A stretch of DNA of 64,000 bases from Azolla caroliniana (taxonomy: Eukaryota; Plantae; Polypodiophyta): positions 5,270,001 through 5,334,000 of the forward strand of contig JBHGNT010000016.1 of the NCBI GenBank assembly GCA_043228905.1, given 5' to 3'. Under the pieces are notes generated by a model. The model was given only the letters and a program-made list of their open reading frames with translations. It did no database searches and was not told where the DNA came from. Below are positions 11,296 to 23,136 of the stretch, one piece after another. The translations under genes and the position numbers were made by a program. The stretch's first letter is position 1. The number at the start of each line of letters is the position of its first letter.

Positions 11296-14200
11296 TCAAA
11301 GCCTACACATTTGTCGGAATGATGCTACTTTTTCCCCACCTATATTAGTCGCATACTCAATAGCTTGAATGGAAATTTGTTTATGATCCCATTTATGACA
11401 TGAACCCAACAATGTACTCCATGTCACTAGGTCAGGTTGGAATGGCATGTTATCCAACAAGGTGACAGCAGCATCATGTTGGCCTATACGCATGAGGAGA
11501 TCTACTATGCTATTACAATGTTCCAGACATGGAATAACCCCATATTTCCTTTCAATGACCTCAAAGAACATCAACCCTTCTTGCACAAGCCCAGAATGAC
11601 TGCATACAAAAAGAATGTTTAAGAATGTAATTCTATCCGGTTGGATGGCTTCTTTCATCATCTTTTCAAGAAACATAACAACAACATCAGTCTTTCCTTG
11701 AGAAGAATAACCTCCGAGAAGTGCATTCCAAGACACTACATCTCGGTGTGGAAGCTTCTCAAAAACCACTAGAGCTTCATGAAGAGAGCCACATTTAACA
11801 TACATATCCACTACAGTACTTCCAACGAGAAGATCCATTTCGAGTCCCCTCACACTAATGTTACCATGTATTTCTAGTCCCTTGTCGAAGTTTCCAGCGC
11901 TGCCACAAGCCTTTAAGCAACAAGTGTAACTGGCATTACTTGAAAGTATTCCATTGTCTTCCATTTGTTCAAAACATTGCAAGGCTTCAGAACTGAAGCC
12001 ATGTTCTACATACCCTGCAATTAATGCGGTCCATGAGCTAACTTCAGAAACTTCCATATCAATCATCACTTCACGTGCTTCAGTAAGAAAACCACATTTA
12101 GCATACATGTCCACCAACATGGTTCCAATGGATGCATCGTCTTCAAATCCTTCTTTAGCAATCTCGGAATATATTTCCTGACATTTATGTATATTTTGTA
12201 TATTACAACATGCTTTTAAAATACAGGCGTATGTTACAGCATTAGGAAACACACCCTCAACTGCCATCTCTTTCAAACAATTAAATACATCCTGAACCAA
12301 ACCGTATTCAGCATGACCCACTATTAATGAAGTCCAAACGACGACATCACGTTCTGATATGCTTTCAAATACTTTACAAGCGTCTACAAGAGAATCACAT
12401 TTCACATACATGTCTACCAGAATGCTTTCGATGCAGGGAACTTTTTCAAAGGCTCTTTTTATAACCTCAGCATGCATTTCCTGCCCACTTTCTAAGGATC
12501 CTATACAGCTACACCCTTTCAGAACACATACATATGTAACAACATCTGGCATTACACATTCAAGGTGCATTTTCTGCATACAACCCAGTGCTTCTTCTCC
12601 AAGACCATGGTCAGCATACCCTGCAATCAATGCATTCCAAGGAACTGCTTCACAAGTTCTAGATTCTTCAAGCACACTACATGCTTCTATAAATAAACCA
12701 AACCTTGAATACATGTCAATTATCGTACTAGTGAGGAATATCTCAAATTCAAGTCCATATTTCATGACCTCAATGTGCATTTCACGACCTGTTCCTAGTG
12801 CTCCAATCATGGCACAGGACTTTAGGTTGCAAATGTAAGTAACTGTAGAAAAGGGAATCCCTTTTATGCTCATCACTGAAGACATTTCTAGGGCTTCTTC
12901 ATAATTTTGATTTTCAGCAAGCCCTGAAATTATAGCATTCCATGACACCCCATCTTGAATCGGCATATCATAAAATACTTCTTTCGCTTCGATAAGCAAA
13001 CCACCTTTTGCATACATATCTATCAAAGTGTTGCTAATGAATTGGTCTTCCTCATATCCTTCTTCAATTAACTTTGCATGTAGGGCTTGGCCTCGAGAAA
13101 TATCCCTAACAATACTGCAAACCTTTAAGCTGCAAAGGAAAATGGCATTATCCATATCTAAATCATCCTTTTGCATCTTTTCCAGGCATGCTACTGCTTC
13201 GTCTCCGAGGCCAAGGTCAATATACCCAGAAATTATTATAGTCCAAGATACTACATCACAAACATGATGCTTTTTATCAAACAAATCTAGGGCCTCCTCA
13301 AGAAAACCACATTTTACATATGTGTCCAATAATACATTGCATACAGAGATATCCCCATCATAGCCCTGTTTTATAACCATCGCATGTATTTTACGTGCCA
13401 CATTTATGGTTCCCAGGCTACCACAAGCTTTGAAGTAATGGATTAATGTGCCACCTTCCAAAGAAATGCCCTCAATATCCATATCCTCTAAATGAACTAG
13501 CACTTCATTAAAAAGTTCATTTTCTATAAACCCTCCAATCAGTGTATTCCATAAAATAGTATCATGCACAGGCATGGCATTGAAAAGTTTGAGTGCATCT
13601 AAACACAAGCCACATTTTGTAAATGTATTCACAATAGTAGTGCAGAGATTAAAATCTTGCTCTAGGCCTTTACTTGTGATTTGACTATATAATGATTGAG
13701 CTATATTAATCATTTTTATGTCACCACAACCTTTTAAACAACAAATATAAGTCACCATATCTGGTGACAAACCTTCAAACTCCAAATGTTCTAAACTATC
13801 TAACATGGCTCCATAAACCCCATGTTTAGCATATCCTGCTATTAAAGCATTCCACGTGACTATATTCCGCAGTGTCAGCTCTTCGAATATTTCTTGAGCC
13901 TCTTTGAGAAAGCCACATTTTGCATACATATCTACCAAGGTGCTCCCTATAAACAATTCTTTCTCAAAACCCTCCTTTACAATTTCAGCATGCAATCCAT
14001 ATCCCATATTGATTTCTTCTAAGTTACCACAACCCTTCAGAGTGCAAATATATGTAACACAATTGGGGGATACATTCTCTGCTTGCATTCGTACCAGGCA
14101 TTTTAATGTCTCCTCATTGAGCCCATTTTCAGCATAACCCGAAATTAATGCAGTCCACGATACTACATCATGTACTGCTAGTTCATCAAAAATCTCTTGT

Positions 14201-14493
14201 GCATCTACAAGGCAACCACATTTACCATACATGTCCACCAAAATTGTTCCGAGAATAAGGTCCCTTTCCATCCCATGTTTTACAGATTCAGCATGTATTG
14301 CCCGGCCTCTTTCTATGGATCTAAGCTTAGCACAAGCTTTGAGCAAGAGCAAAAGAGTTTTTTTATCTGAATGAATGGAATACTCAAGGAAGATGTGGAT
14401 GGCTTGATCAAATTTACCACTTTCAATAGCTGCCTTAATGTCAAAAACACAATGATTCTCAGGCATTCTAATGGGAAACTTGGCATGCAGCAT
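11296..14493 (-). CDS. PLS-class pentatricopeptide repeat protein (organellar RNA-editing factor type) with partial E domain and no DYW
   Basis: 1065-aa intronless ORF with recurring LVDMYxKCG / VVSWxALIxGY / TYxCxLKxC triplets. C-terminus MPFQPDLVTWSTLLGSC is the start of the E domain; no DYW deaminase motif follows. Confidence 0.95.
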   Translation of the reverse strand: MLHAKFPIRMPENHCVFDIKAAIESGKFDQAIHIFLEYSIHSDKKTLLLLLKACAKLRSIERGRAIHAESVKHGMERDLILGTILVDMYGKCGCLVDAQEIFDELAVHDVVSWTALISGYAENGLNEETLKCLVRMQAENVSPNCVTYICTLKGCGNLEEINMGYGLHAEIVKEGFEKELFIGSTLVDMYAKCGFLKEAQEIFEELTLRNIVTWNALIAGYAKHGVYGAMLDSLEHLEFEGLSPDMVTYICCLKGCGDIKMINIAQSLYSQITSKGLEQDFNLCTTIVNTFTKCGLCLDALKLFNAMPVHDTILWNTLIGGFIENELFNEVLVHLEDMDIEGISLEGGTLIHYFKACGSLGTINVARKIHAMVIKQGYDGDISVCNVLLDTYVKCGFLEEALDLFDKKHHVCDVVSWTIIISGYIDLGLGDEAVACLEKMQKDDLDMDNAIFLCSLKVCSIVRDISRGQALHAKLIEEGYEEDQFISNTLIDMYAKGGLLIEAKEVFYDMPIQDGVSWNAIISGLAENQNYEEALEMSSVMSIKGIPFSTVTYICNLKSCAMIGALGTGREMHIEVMKYGLEFEIFLTSTIIDMYSRFGLFIEACSVLEESRTCEAVPWNALIAGYADHGLGEEALGCMQKMHLECVMPDVVTYVCVLKGCSCIGSLESGQEMHAEVIKRAFEKVPCIESILVDMYVKCDSLVDACKVFESISERDVVVWTSLIVGHAEYGLVQDVFNCLKEMAVEGVFPNAVTYACILKACCNIQNIHKCQEIYSEIAKEGFEDDASIGTMLVDMYAKCGFLTEAREVMIDMEVSEVSSWTALIAGYVEHGFSSEALQCFEQMEDNGILSSNASYTCCLKACGSAGNFDKGLEIHGNISVRGLEMDLLVGSTVVDMYVKCGSLHEALVVFEKLPHRDVVSWNALLGGYSSQGKTDVVVMFLEKMMKEAIQPDRITFLNILFVCSHSGLVQEGLMFFEVIERKYGVIPCLEHCNSIVDLLMRIGQHDAAVTLLDNMPFQPDLVTWSTLLGSCHKWDHKQISIQAIEYATNIGGEKVASFRQMCRL

Positions 14494-14509
14494 GGTCTCT
14501 ACTCAACAC

Positions 14510-15200
14510 ATTTAGTACAGGAGACTGGACGTATAGCATATTTTTTACCAGCTAAAATATGGCAATGCAATCCAAGGCACAGAGTATTTTCACAAGTTAA
14601 AAAATATGGATAAATGGCCTTTTAACTAGAGGCATATTACATTGTTTCCGTGAATGTGAAAAAGATGCATTCCAACAACAGGAATTTTACCAGAGCAAAA
14701 TACGAAAACCCAGCCAGAGGTATTTGTATATTCTTACTCACTAAAATAACAAAAAACAGCATTACAGAGGGAGGTATAGTACTTTTTACCACCTAAAATT
14801 TCAAGAACAAAACATGTGTTCCATCCGGGAACCTGAGGTGTATAGCAGATTAATTAGAGGCTAAAAATATGAAGAAAAACATGAATTCCAATCGGTGGCA
14901 CAGTGTTTTTTTATTTTACAGTCCAAAAACACACAAAAAACAATATTCCAAACCAGTGGTATATAAAACATACAAATAATATTGCAGCCAGAAATACAGT
15001 ACATTTTCATGAGCTAAATAATATGAAAAACCAGGGGGGTAACATATTCTACTGGATTAATTCATGAAACAAACGGCATTCCTATCAGAATTACAGTGTA
15101 CTTCTTATGAGCTAAAGATGGGAAACAAGCATTACAACCAAGGGTATAATGTGTTTCTGACAGGCTAAAATTATGAAAAAAAACGGCATTCCAAAATTGT
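14510..15200. repeat. Highly degenerate ~55-60 bp tandem repeat upstream of the PPR ATG (probably intronic)
   Basis: Recurring (g)ctaaaa(a)t..(g)aaaa..gcattcc..cagaggta.. motifs about a dozen times. Confidence 0.55.
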
Positions 15201-16000
15201 TTGTCTTATCAAAACCAAAACCAATTTGATATCTTTCTCAATAAAAAAAAAGCAAATTTTATATTTTTCCTTCACTATGCCAAACTAGTTTTTCGTGAAA
15301 TCTATACAATCAAATACTCAAAAAGAAAAGTTTAAGTTTAGGCATTTTGATGGTTCCTTATTCTGGCGCGATTTTCTTATTCATCTTCTTTTTCGTTTCT
15401 TTTCTTTTCTTTTCGTTTCTTTTCTGTCTGAACTGTGGCATTAACCTTCTGTAGAAAAATCTGAAGGAGCGTGGAATTTCTTACCTGGGAGTTTCTGTGA
15501 GAAAGATCCACAAATCCATACATATACATATCTCGCAAATCTTCCAATGGCATGACAAATAACTCACCTACTCAATTTACAAATTACCCATTGCCTCTTC
15601 TTCTTATTTGAATCATTATAGGTCGGAGAAAAACCCATCACATAACCAATACCGGCTTGAGTTTCCTTTACTTCCCTGTATACCCCTGCATTTTCTGATA
15701 TCTCTCCAGATGCCCCCCTCCATCCAATGTATTTGGGCCGATACATCACACTGGGCGTTCGAGGACAAGTAGTACAAATCTATCTATTTATCTTCTTTAT
15801 CAAACACCATTCCTACAATTTGAGCATTTCGTACCCCCTCCTCGATTCATATTCTAAGTATGGGCGAAATCATACATACATATGTATGTTGACACTTTCT
15901 TCTCTCTTCTAGAAAGGTCGGTTGGCTATAGGGGCATTCAAATAAATAATGAAAACCTCGGGTTATTTTGAGAAAAATAGAGAAATGTTCTCGGGCTATT

Positions 16001-16280
16001 TCACATATTATTTAATTTTTGCACCGGTGCATATGTTCTCCGATGCATAGTAAATCCTCTTTCCCACTTCCTCGTGGTGAGTACTAGCACACGTTCATTC
16101 CATCTACGATTGGACGGAACCTCGAGCCCAAGATGTTTGAAACTTTCTACGACTTCAAATGGCTTATTATTGTCTGTCATGCATGTTTTATCTTTATTTT
16201 GACTCTTCGCAACCATAACCTTCATTTTTTGAGCTATTCACATTCACGTTACCGTGGATATGAAAGTTTTCCAATACACC
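16001..16280 (-). mobile_element. RTE-type LINE reverse-transcriptase fragment
   Basis: MKVMV...PFEVVESFKHLGLEV resembles the KTKVM...VESFKYLG motifs at the end of RTE RT; degraded. Confidence 0.6.
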
Positions 16281-17519
16281 CATTCGCTTTTAGCCATCTT
16301 TAAAAGTATTGCAAAAAGCATCACATTATTCACCAACATATAACAAAAGCATGATACTGCATTCTAATTGTAACTTCCTTAATGCTTTCTTGCTTTACAA
16401 ACTAATTGGCCATTTTCTCCAATTCATCCATGCAAAATCCAAGAAGAAAATTTTGAATTTTCAAGCAAATATGTATTCACTTGGTACCATAAATTCTTAC
16501 ATGTGTCTCCAAAGATGCTCACGGGGCAACATATCAAAAGGTTTCTTGAACTATACCAAAACCAATGTAATGGTTTACCTTTCAAACATATTTCTTTCAT
16601 TAGCACTTGAAAAGCGACAGATGATCAAATGATGTTGTGGAGAAAACCAACTTATTTATAAGCTCTCTTATTGTTTTTTTTAGCCTATACACTTAGCTTG
16701 GCTTCCATTATACATCCAAATAGCTTCCCACAAGAGAGCTAATTATGATTGTTCGATAGTTGTTTACATTATTTATCTTCTCCCCTTTATATAAATGTTT
16801 GATCCAATTTGTACTCCAATTGTGAGGCACGTCATTTTGCAAGCACAATTAAACATATTATTGTTCAAACATTTTCTTCCTTTCCTATTCATTTGAGCAT
16901 TTTGGTTTGAATACCTCAATTATCTATTGTATTGTCACATTGTGAGTGGCAAATTCCTTAACTCCTTTGCACGCATCCTCAATGGTAGTGAAGGAATGCA
17001 TGTGCAAAGAGAACTATAACACACAATTGTATTTTGTAGGGAAATTTTCCTTGGAGGAGTTGCCTTTATGTCAACTAGTCTCACAAGACCTTAGATGGTT
17101 TAGTTTGGCATAAGATCCTTGATATTGTTGGGACAATAAGGGCTTTTATGTACTTGTTTTGTTGTTTCAACATATATGTAACTATTTTATGTAGAAAAAA
17201 CAATGTGTATAAATGTCTTGACTTTATCTTGATGCATACGAGTGTGAATGATGATGCCATTAAAAATTACAATTGCATTGGAGAGAAACGTTTTGTCACG
17301 TAGTGTATAGAAGTTTGTGACAATTTGATATATATGTAAGGTTACCAAGATGACTACAAAATTTCCTTACATTATTAGCCTTGAATCACTTTGAGGAAGT
17401 TATTCGTACATTGTCTGATGACTTAAATAAGCTTTAATTTATCTATAAGAGACATAGATATCATGAAGATATATGCACAAGATCTGAATTTATTAATGCT
17501 ATGTTACTTAGGGAAGCTA

Positions 17520-18650
17520 CTAATCGATGGACGACAATGGAGAAGGGGATAGGTTATGAGGAGGAGGGCTTTGTAATCCCAATAGGTAGGGAAACACCAA
17601 ACAAGTTTGAAGGCCACAAACTACGAGACAATGAGATACCAACATTGAATATGGCAATTTGAGTACTCGCATATACCGGTCATAAATGGATTGTAGATCC
17701 CGATCTTATCAAAGTACAACCAAAACATGTAAGTTTATGAAAACACATGGTTACGTAAGGACAGTTGGGACCCTTTGCAATGGACGTGGTGCGACCTTAT
17801 GCGGGTCAAGGAAGCAACGCCATCCCTTTCTTCCAATTCACGACTAGATTAGGTCGCCACATTCTAGCTGCTCAAACCGTCCGAGAGTTGGTTGTTGCAA
17901 AGGTATGGGACACATCATGTTCCTCATACAACTATCACTACTTTTTGGCAAAAACTCTAAAAATAACAACACGCTCGATGAATTACAACATTCCAATGAC
18001 TATTAATACATAAATCACTACCAGTTGGACTGTGGCAACATGGGAACCTTAACTCACTTGATTGTGTAGCATGCCCAAATGCAATAGAATGATTCAATCC
18101 GACATGCTCTATGGGACTGCCCATAGACCCATCAATTATGGCGGGGGGTTGGCCGCCTATTGCAATAATGCCAGGTGCAAGGCATAATCAAGTGGGGAAA
18201 TGTATGTTGGTCATTATGGCAAGCCCTAGTTGACAGGTACAAACATCAGGAGGAAGGGAGGATTTTGTTGATAAAAGCACAAGAGGTTTTTTTTTTCCAC
18301 CATTGGTAATATCCACTTAACTCCTATTAATGTCAAATCTCAAGTTGTGTTGGAAGTGATCAACCCAATAACTCTTTGGACTCTATGGAAACATGGATGT
18401 AGACGGGCCTTCTCCAAACAAACCGTACATCTACTAGTTTTAATGCAAGAGATATGGAGTGAAATTGTAGCCACTCTAAAGAGCCAATATAAAGGCCTCA
18501 CGGGCGGATCCGATGGAGTTGAAAGACAACGACTAGCCTTCATCGAACAATAGTCATCGTCTCCCTTTATTGAGTCAGTGGGCATCCACATAAGATGGAA
18601 CTATCGCGTCCCTATAGGGATTTGTATATAACACTCTCATTTGTAAAAAA
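17520..18650 (+). mobile_element. Degenerate L1-type LINE ORF2 3' end
   Basis: Frameshifted zinc knuckle CVACPNAIE/SIRHALWDCP at ~18063-18123 and ITLWTLWKHGCRRAF at ~18368 (W-x-x-W-x-x-R-N-x3-F-like). Boundaries approximate. Confidence 0.65.
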
Positions 18651-21600
18651 TTTATCACTAATGAGTTTTTTTGGGAAAGAAGAAGAAGAAGATATATGCA
18701 CATACACTTAAATGAATGGGCAAATTACCAAAGGGTGTTATGAGAAATATTCTATAGTCCACTTAAAAAATTTCATATGACTGGCATTTTTTAACCACGA
18801 TGACCTTCATCAATGATCGCAATGTGAATAACAATATTTCTTAGATACAAATCATACCTTATTGCACATAGGGTCATGAAAATAATCAATGAGACAATTC
18901 AAACACGTACGTTTTAACCCAATGTTATCATTTTGGTAGCCTAGCAGTTTATACATGGTGGCACAACTAGAACTCTCATATGATCACATACGACTTTCTT
19001 TGGATCAAGCAAAATTACTTTATAAACCCTTTTTGTGACATTAAATGAAAGTTCATGAATCTTGTGTGTCAAAATATTGAGTGTTTATCATCTCGTAATA
19101 TGATATGCCATTATTTAGTGACAATGAAATTGGATTGTTGCTTCATAAAATTTTGTACACATGCTTAAAAAATGATTGTAACATAGTGTGTAAAGCACCA
19201 ACATTACCTCTAAGAAATCTACTCAACAAATTTTGTATTGAAGAATATACTGTAAAATACCCAAGAAATTAGATTAGTTATGCAAATGTATGGACATCGA
19301 TGGACAATTTGCCAAACATTTGTAGATATATGTTAATATTGAAAATTTATGCAAATGTCTATTATCCTAGCTGAAATAATGTACGTTAAAAAACTTGAAT
19401 AGTAGGAACATATTTGTTCAAACATGTGTACTTTATCGGTCCATCTATTTGTCATAATTAATATTACCAAATGGTGATAAAGAACATGCACCATTTTTTA
19501 GTAATGATGAAATGTCAGTGAAACGACTTCAATGTCTATCAAACAAAAACGAGAAGATTCCTCTTGGATGATAGGTTGATGGAAAGATATCGTGTGACTT
19601 TGTTAGAACTCAAGTGATCTCATTGTTGTGATGTGAAATATGGGATTTCTTTGATTGGCCCACTGTAAAATTTCCATTTTGATCTACACAAGGATGATAT
19701 AAACATTTGATGGGTTTCCAAGAAATTGAAGATGCATGCCAATCAACTAAAAATGGTAAGCTTGTGTCAGTCAAGGATGAATTATAGAAGTTCGATTGAC
19801 ATTCAATAATGCAATACTTGGCCTAGATACAACTTCGATGGCAAATGATGTGATGCTAAAATTAATATTCGTTGCAAAACCTTTATTTTAAATCTATATA
19901 CAATAAACATGATTGACTTGACATTTGTGGTTGAATTTCTCAAATACTATCAATTGGGGGCTTGTACTAGAGAAACATCACTTGATCTCCATGTCACATT
20001 TGTATATCATTTGGAAATAAGGTAGCCTCATCCAACCAAAAAACATCCCATATGGAATGGAAATGATTATGTACATATTTCATGCATTATGTTATGGATA
20101 ACAAAGGTTGTATAACCATGAGTGTTGAAGATTATTAATGTTCCCTTGATGTGGAGAGGCAATGAGAATACTTGGATTTGTGACATGCTTTCATGTTCAC
20201 CGATACTTCATTAAATTTCATTGTTATTTCTCTCAATCAATTGGATGAACCAATTCTTATTTTTCCTAAAGTTGGATAGTTGGGTATTGGTCGATAAATA
20301 ATATGTTAGATTCTAAAAAACAAGCAATGTGATGGGGATACATTGCAAAATAGCTCCATTTATCCTTCGGCCCCTCTTCTAGATGGTTCTAAAGCACTTT
20401 CATAAGGTGAAGCTCTCATATCTACACAATTGATATTTTAATCTTTAGTTTTTTTGTGCCTTAACTGTGAGCAATTAAAACTTCCAATCAAATTCAGAGA
20501 ACAACGATTTGATGGAAATATTATTAATGAATGCAAACCATATGTAGCACTCTAGTCACTTAATGAGGTTCTCTCTAGTAAATTAAGGACTCCTATAGAA
20601 ATAACTTATTACAATTTATGACTTAGTATGGGATTCACAAACTATCTAATTGATGGTATAACATTAGTTAAATATACACATGGGGGGGCTCTACTACCGA
20701 TGGGCTTCTAATGCAACTAAGTGGTATGATATTAGCTCATAGATTTCCTTAGGCTAAAGTTAATTCATATCTTACAAGCCCATATCTTTCATGTACAAAA
20801 CTTAAAGATCAATATTGGTACACAATGTATGTTGGGAAGCGAGGCAACTATGCTCTTGACACGTGAGCCTTTTGCAAGAAGGGGTTGTCAATATCTTCGT
20901 AAATCCAAAACATTTTACGACATTTTGAAAGTTTGGTCAGTAAGCTTAATACATACAAAAATACGCAACTGACTCGTTATGGAATTGAAAGATCGGATTT
21001 GAGTGATGTGATGAGCGAATTTGCAACACATGAGATACTTTGTTCGAAGGGAAAAAAGTTCATCGTTCTGCAAATCTATTTCTAGCACTTAATTAGGATT
21101 TTAAATTTAGAAGTAAAAAGAAAAATTTAATAAGAATTCATATTCTTTTGAACAATAATTAAAATCGATACAAAAACTTTTTAACAATTTCCCAAAACAC
21201 CCTTAACCCTAGAATATCTTTTATGCACATTTGTTTTTAACTACAAGAATGCCATTATCGTTGCATGCTAATCAAGGGTGTTAACGATGAGATCTCGTTC
21301 CCTAAATTAGAAATAACCATAGTAATCACTCAGATTATGTCAATAATTAGAATATGATTATTAGCGATTTTTTTGCACGATAGTTGTCAATAAACAAGGT
21401 AGGGGTGTGTTAGTAAATTCAAAAAACATGTATTGTTGAAGGCTTTCACAAAGTGTTGTTGTAGACATCACAATGTATCATCGCTTGGATCACAAAACGG
21501 AAAGGGTAGGTTAGTAATTCAAAAAACACAAGGCTTTTCACGAGATGTTACGCATCAATGTTGTTCCAATATGTTGTCTCATGATCGAGGCAAGGTGTAG

Positions 21601-21719
21601 GGGTATGTTGGCAATTTCATAAAAGACATGCTATCATCGCAATGTTCCAACTTTACCGCTGAAGGCCTTTAGCAATGTGTCGTGGGCCATTAGCATCGCC
21701 CGATTGGAGAAGCCACATA

Positions 21720-21967
21720 ACATATGATTAGTGCTAATTACTTAGATTCGTGAAAGGCACACGTGATAATAGTACATAGTGACTTTGGATCGGGGATAAT
21801 GATATGATCGGTGGTAAGGACTTGGATTAGAGAAGGCACACATAGTGTGATTAGTGGTAGGGACTTGGATTAGGGAAAGGCACACGTACCGTGATTAGTG
21901 GTAGGAACTTGGATTAGAGATAGGCACACGTAGCGGGATTAGTGCTAATGACTTGGATTAGCACTAA
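21720..21967. repeat. 43-44 bp tandem repeat (~5 degenerate copies) ending in an 11-bp hairpin
   Basis: cttggattag recurs at 21821, 21864, 21908 and 21952; units contain ggcacacgt; TTAGTGCTAAT-N7-ATTAGCACTAA at 21939-21967. Confidence 0.8.
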
Positions 21968-22011
21968 ACTCCCTCACACACATTGAACATTCATTTACTC
22001 TCTCCTTACAG

Positions 22012-22045
22012 CAAACAAATAAATAAATAAACAAACAAAAAAATA

Positions 22046-22104
<59 letters not shown>

Positions 22105-22209
22105 AAAGATAAATCAATCAATCAATAAAAAGATAAATAAATAAATAAGATAAATAAATAAATAAAAAGATAAATAAATAAATAAATAAGATAAATAAAT
22201 AAAAAAAGA

Positions 22210-22260
<51 letters not shown>

Positions 22261-22262
22261 AT
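22012..22262. repeat. (TAAA)n microsatellite, ~250 bp, immediately upstream of the CYP40 5' UTR
   Basis: Directly visible run. Confidence 0.95.
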
Positions 22263-23136
22263 GAAAAAAAGGCCGAGAAATCTCAGAGCTTCTCCTCGTT
22301 TTCTGAGAAGACAAACTCCATCGCTGCTCTCATCTCTTCTTCTTCTTCTTCTTCTTCTTCTTCGAGCTCCGGAAACAATTTCCTTCTGCGGTGCAATCTC
22401 TCCCGGTAAGCTCACCCCTCTCTTTTTCTCTTCTGTTCCTTCGATTCATTTCTTTCTCCATTTCTACAGACTGCTCCATTCGCTGGCATATGAACTGACA
22501 GAAATTAAAATGCATCTCTTTCTCTACCTGATTTGCCATGTCTTTCCCGTTGTTGATCTCCGCCGTTCCATGGGTTCCTTCTCTTTTCATACCTCATAGC
22601 TGTCTTCTTCAGTTTTGTTCCATTGATTGACATATGATGTAGCAGTAAGTAAAATGCATCTCCTTCTCTACCCCATATCCGTGTGTGTATTTGTTATGGT
22701 GTTTCTTTTTTCTTCTATCATTTCCTTCTTTGCATTCTCCTCTCTTCATATTGTTCCTCAGCTCTTTGGCTAATTAGTAAAGAAGGGCTATAGTTTTTGG
22801 GCCATCAGGGGTCAGCTTGCTTATCCAACGGCAATCTAGCTTCTTGATTGAAATTAAGTCTTATTGAGTTCAAAATCTCTATGAATTTTCCTTTGATTAT
22901 AAAAGATCACTTAAGTGTGAAAGTTTAGTTAAATTTGGTGGTTCTGTTGGTGTTTACCATCCATTTTAAGTTCCAGAGTCTAGCTTAACTGGGTTCTGAA
23001 CCAACTTTTTTATATCGTCAAGATATTTTCTCAATTCACAACACTACCAACTGCTACGGTTTATTGAACAATGAAGAAACTAAATACAATTTCATATTTC
23101 TGTGTGATTCAGGAAATCTAATTCTTTCCTTACACG

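Noticed and set aside
18715-21400. Possible decayed DNA-transposon coding region
   Set aside because: No convincing transposase motif or matching TIR pair could be read.
22114-22599. FIYL-repeat and poly-R/poly-L ORFs
   Set aside because: Translations of (TAAA)n and (CTT)n microsatellites around the CYP40 5' UTR.
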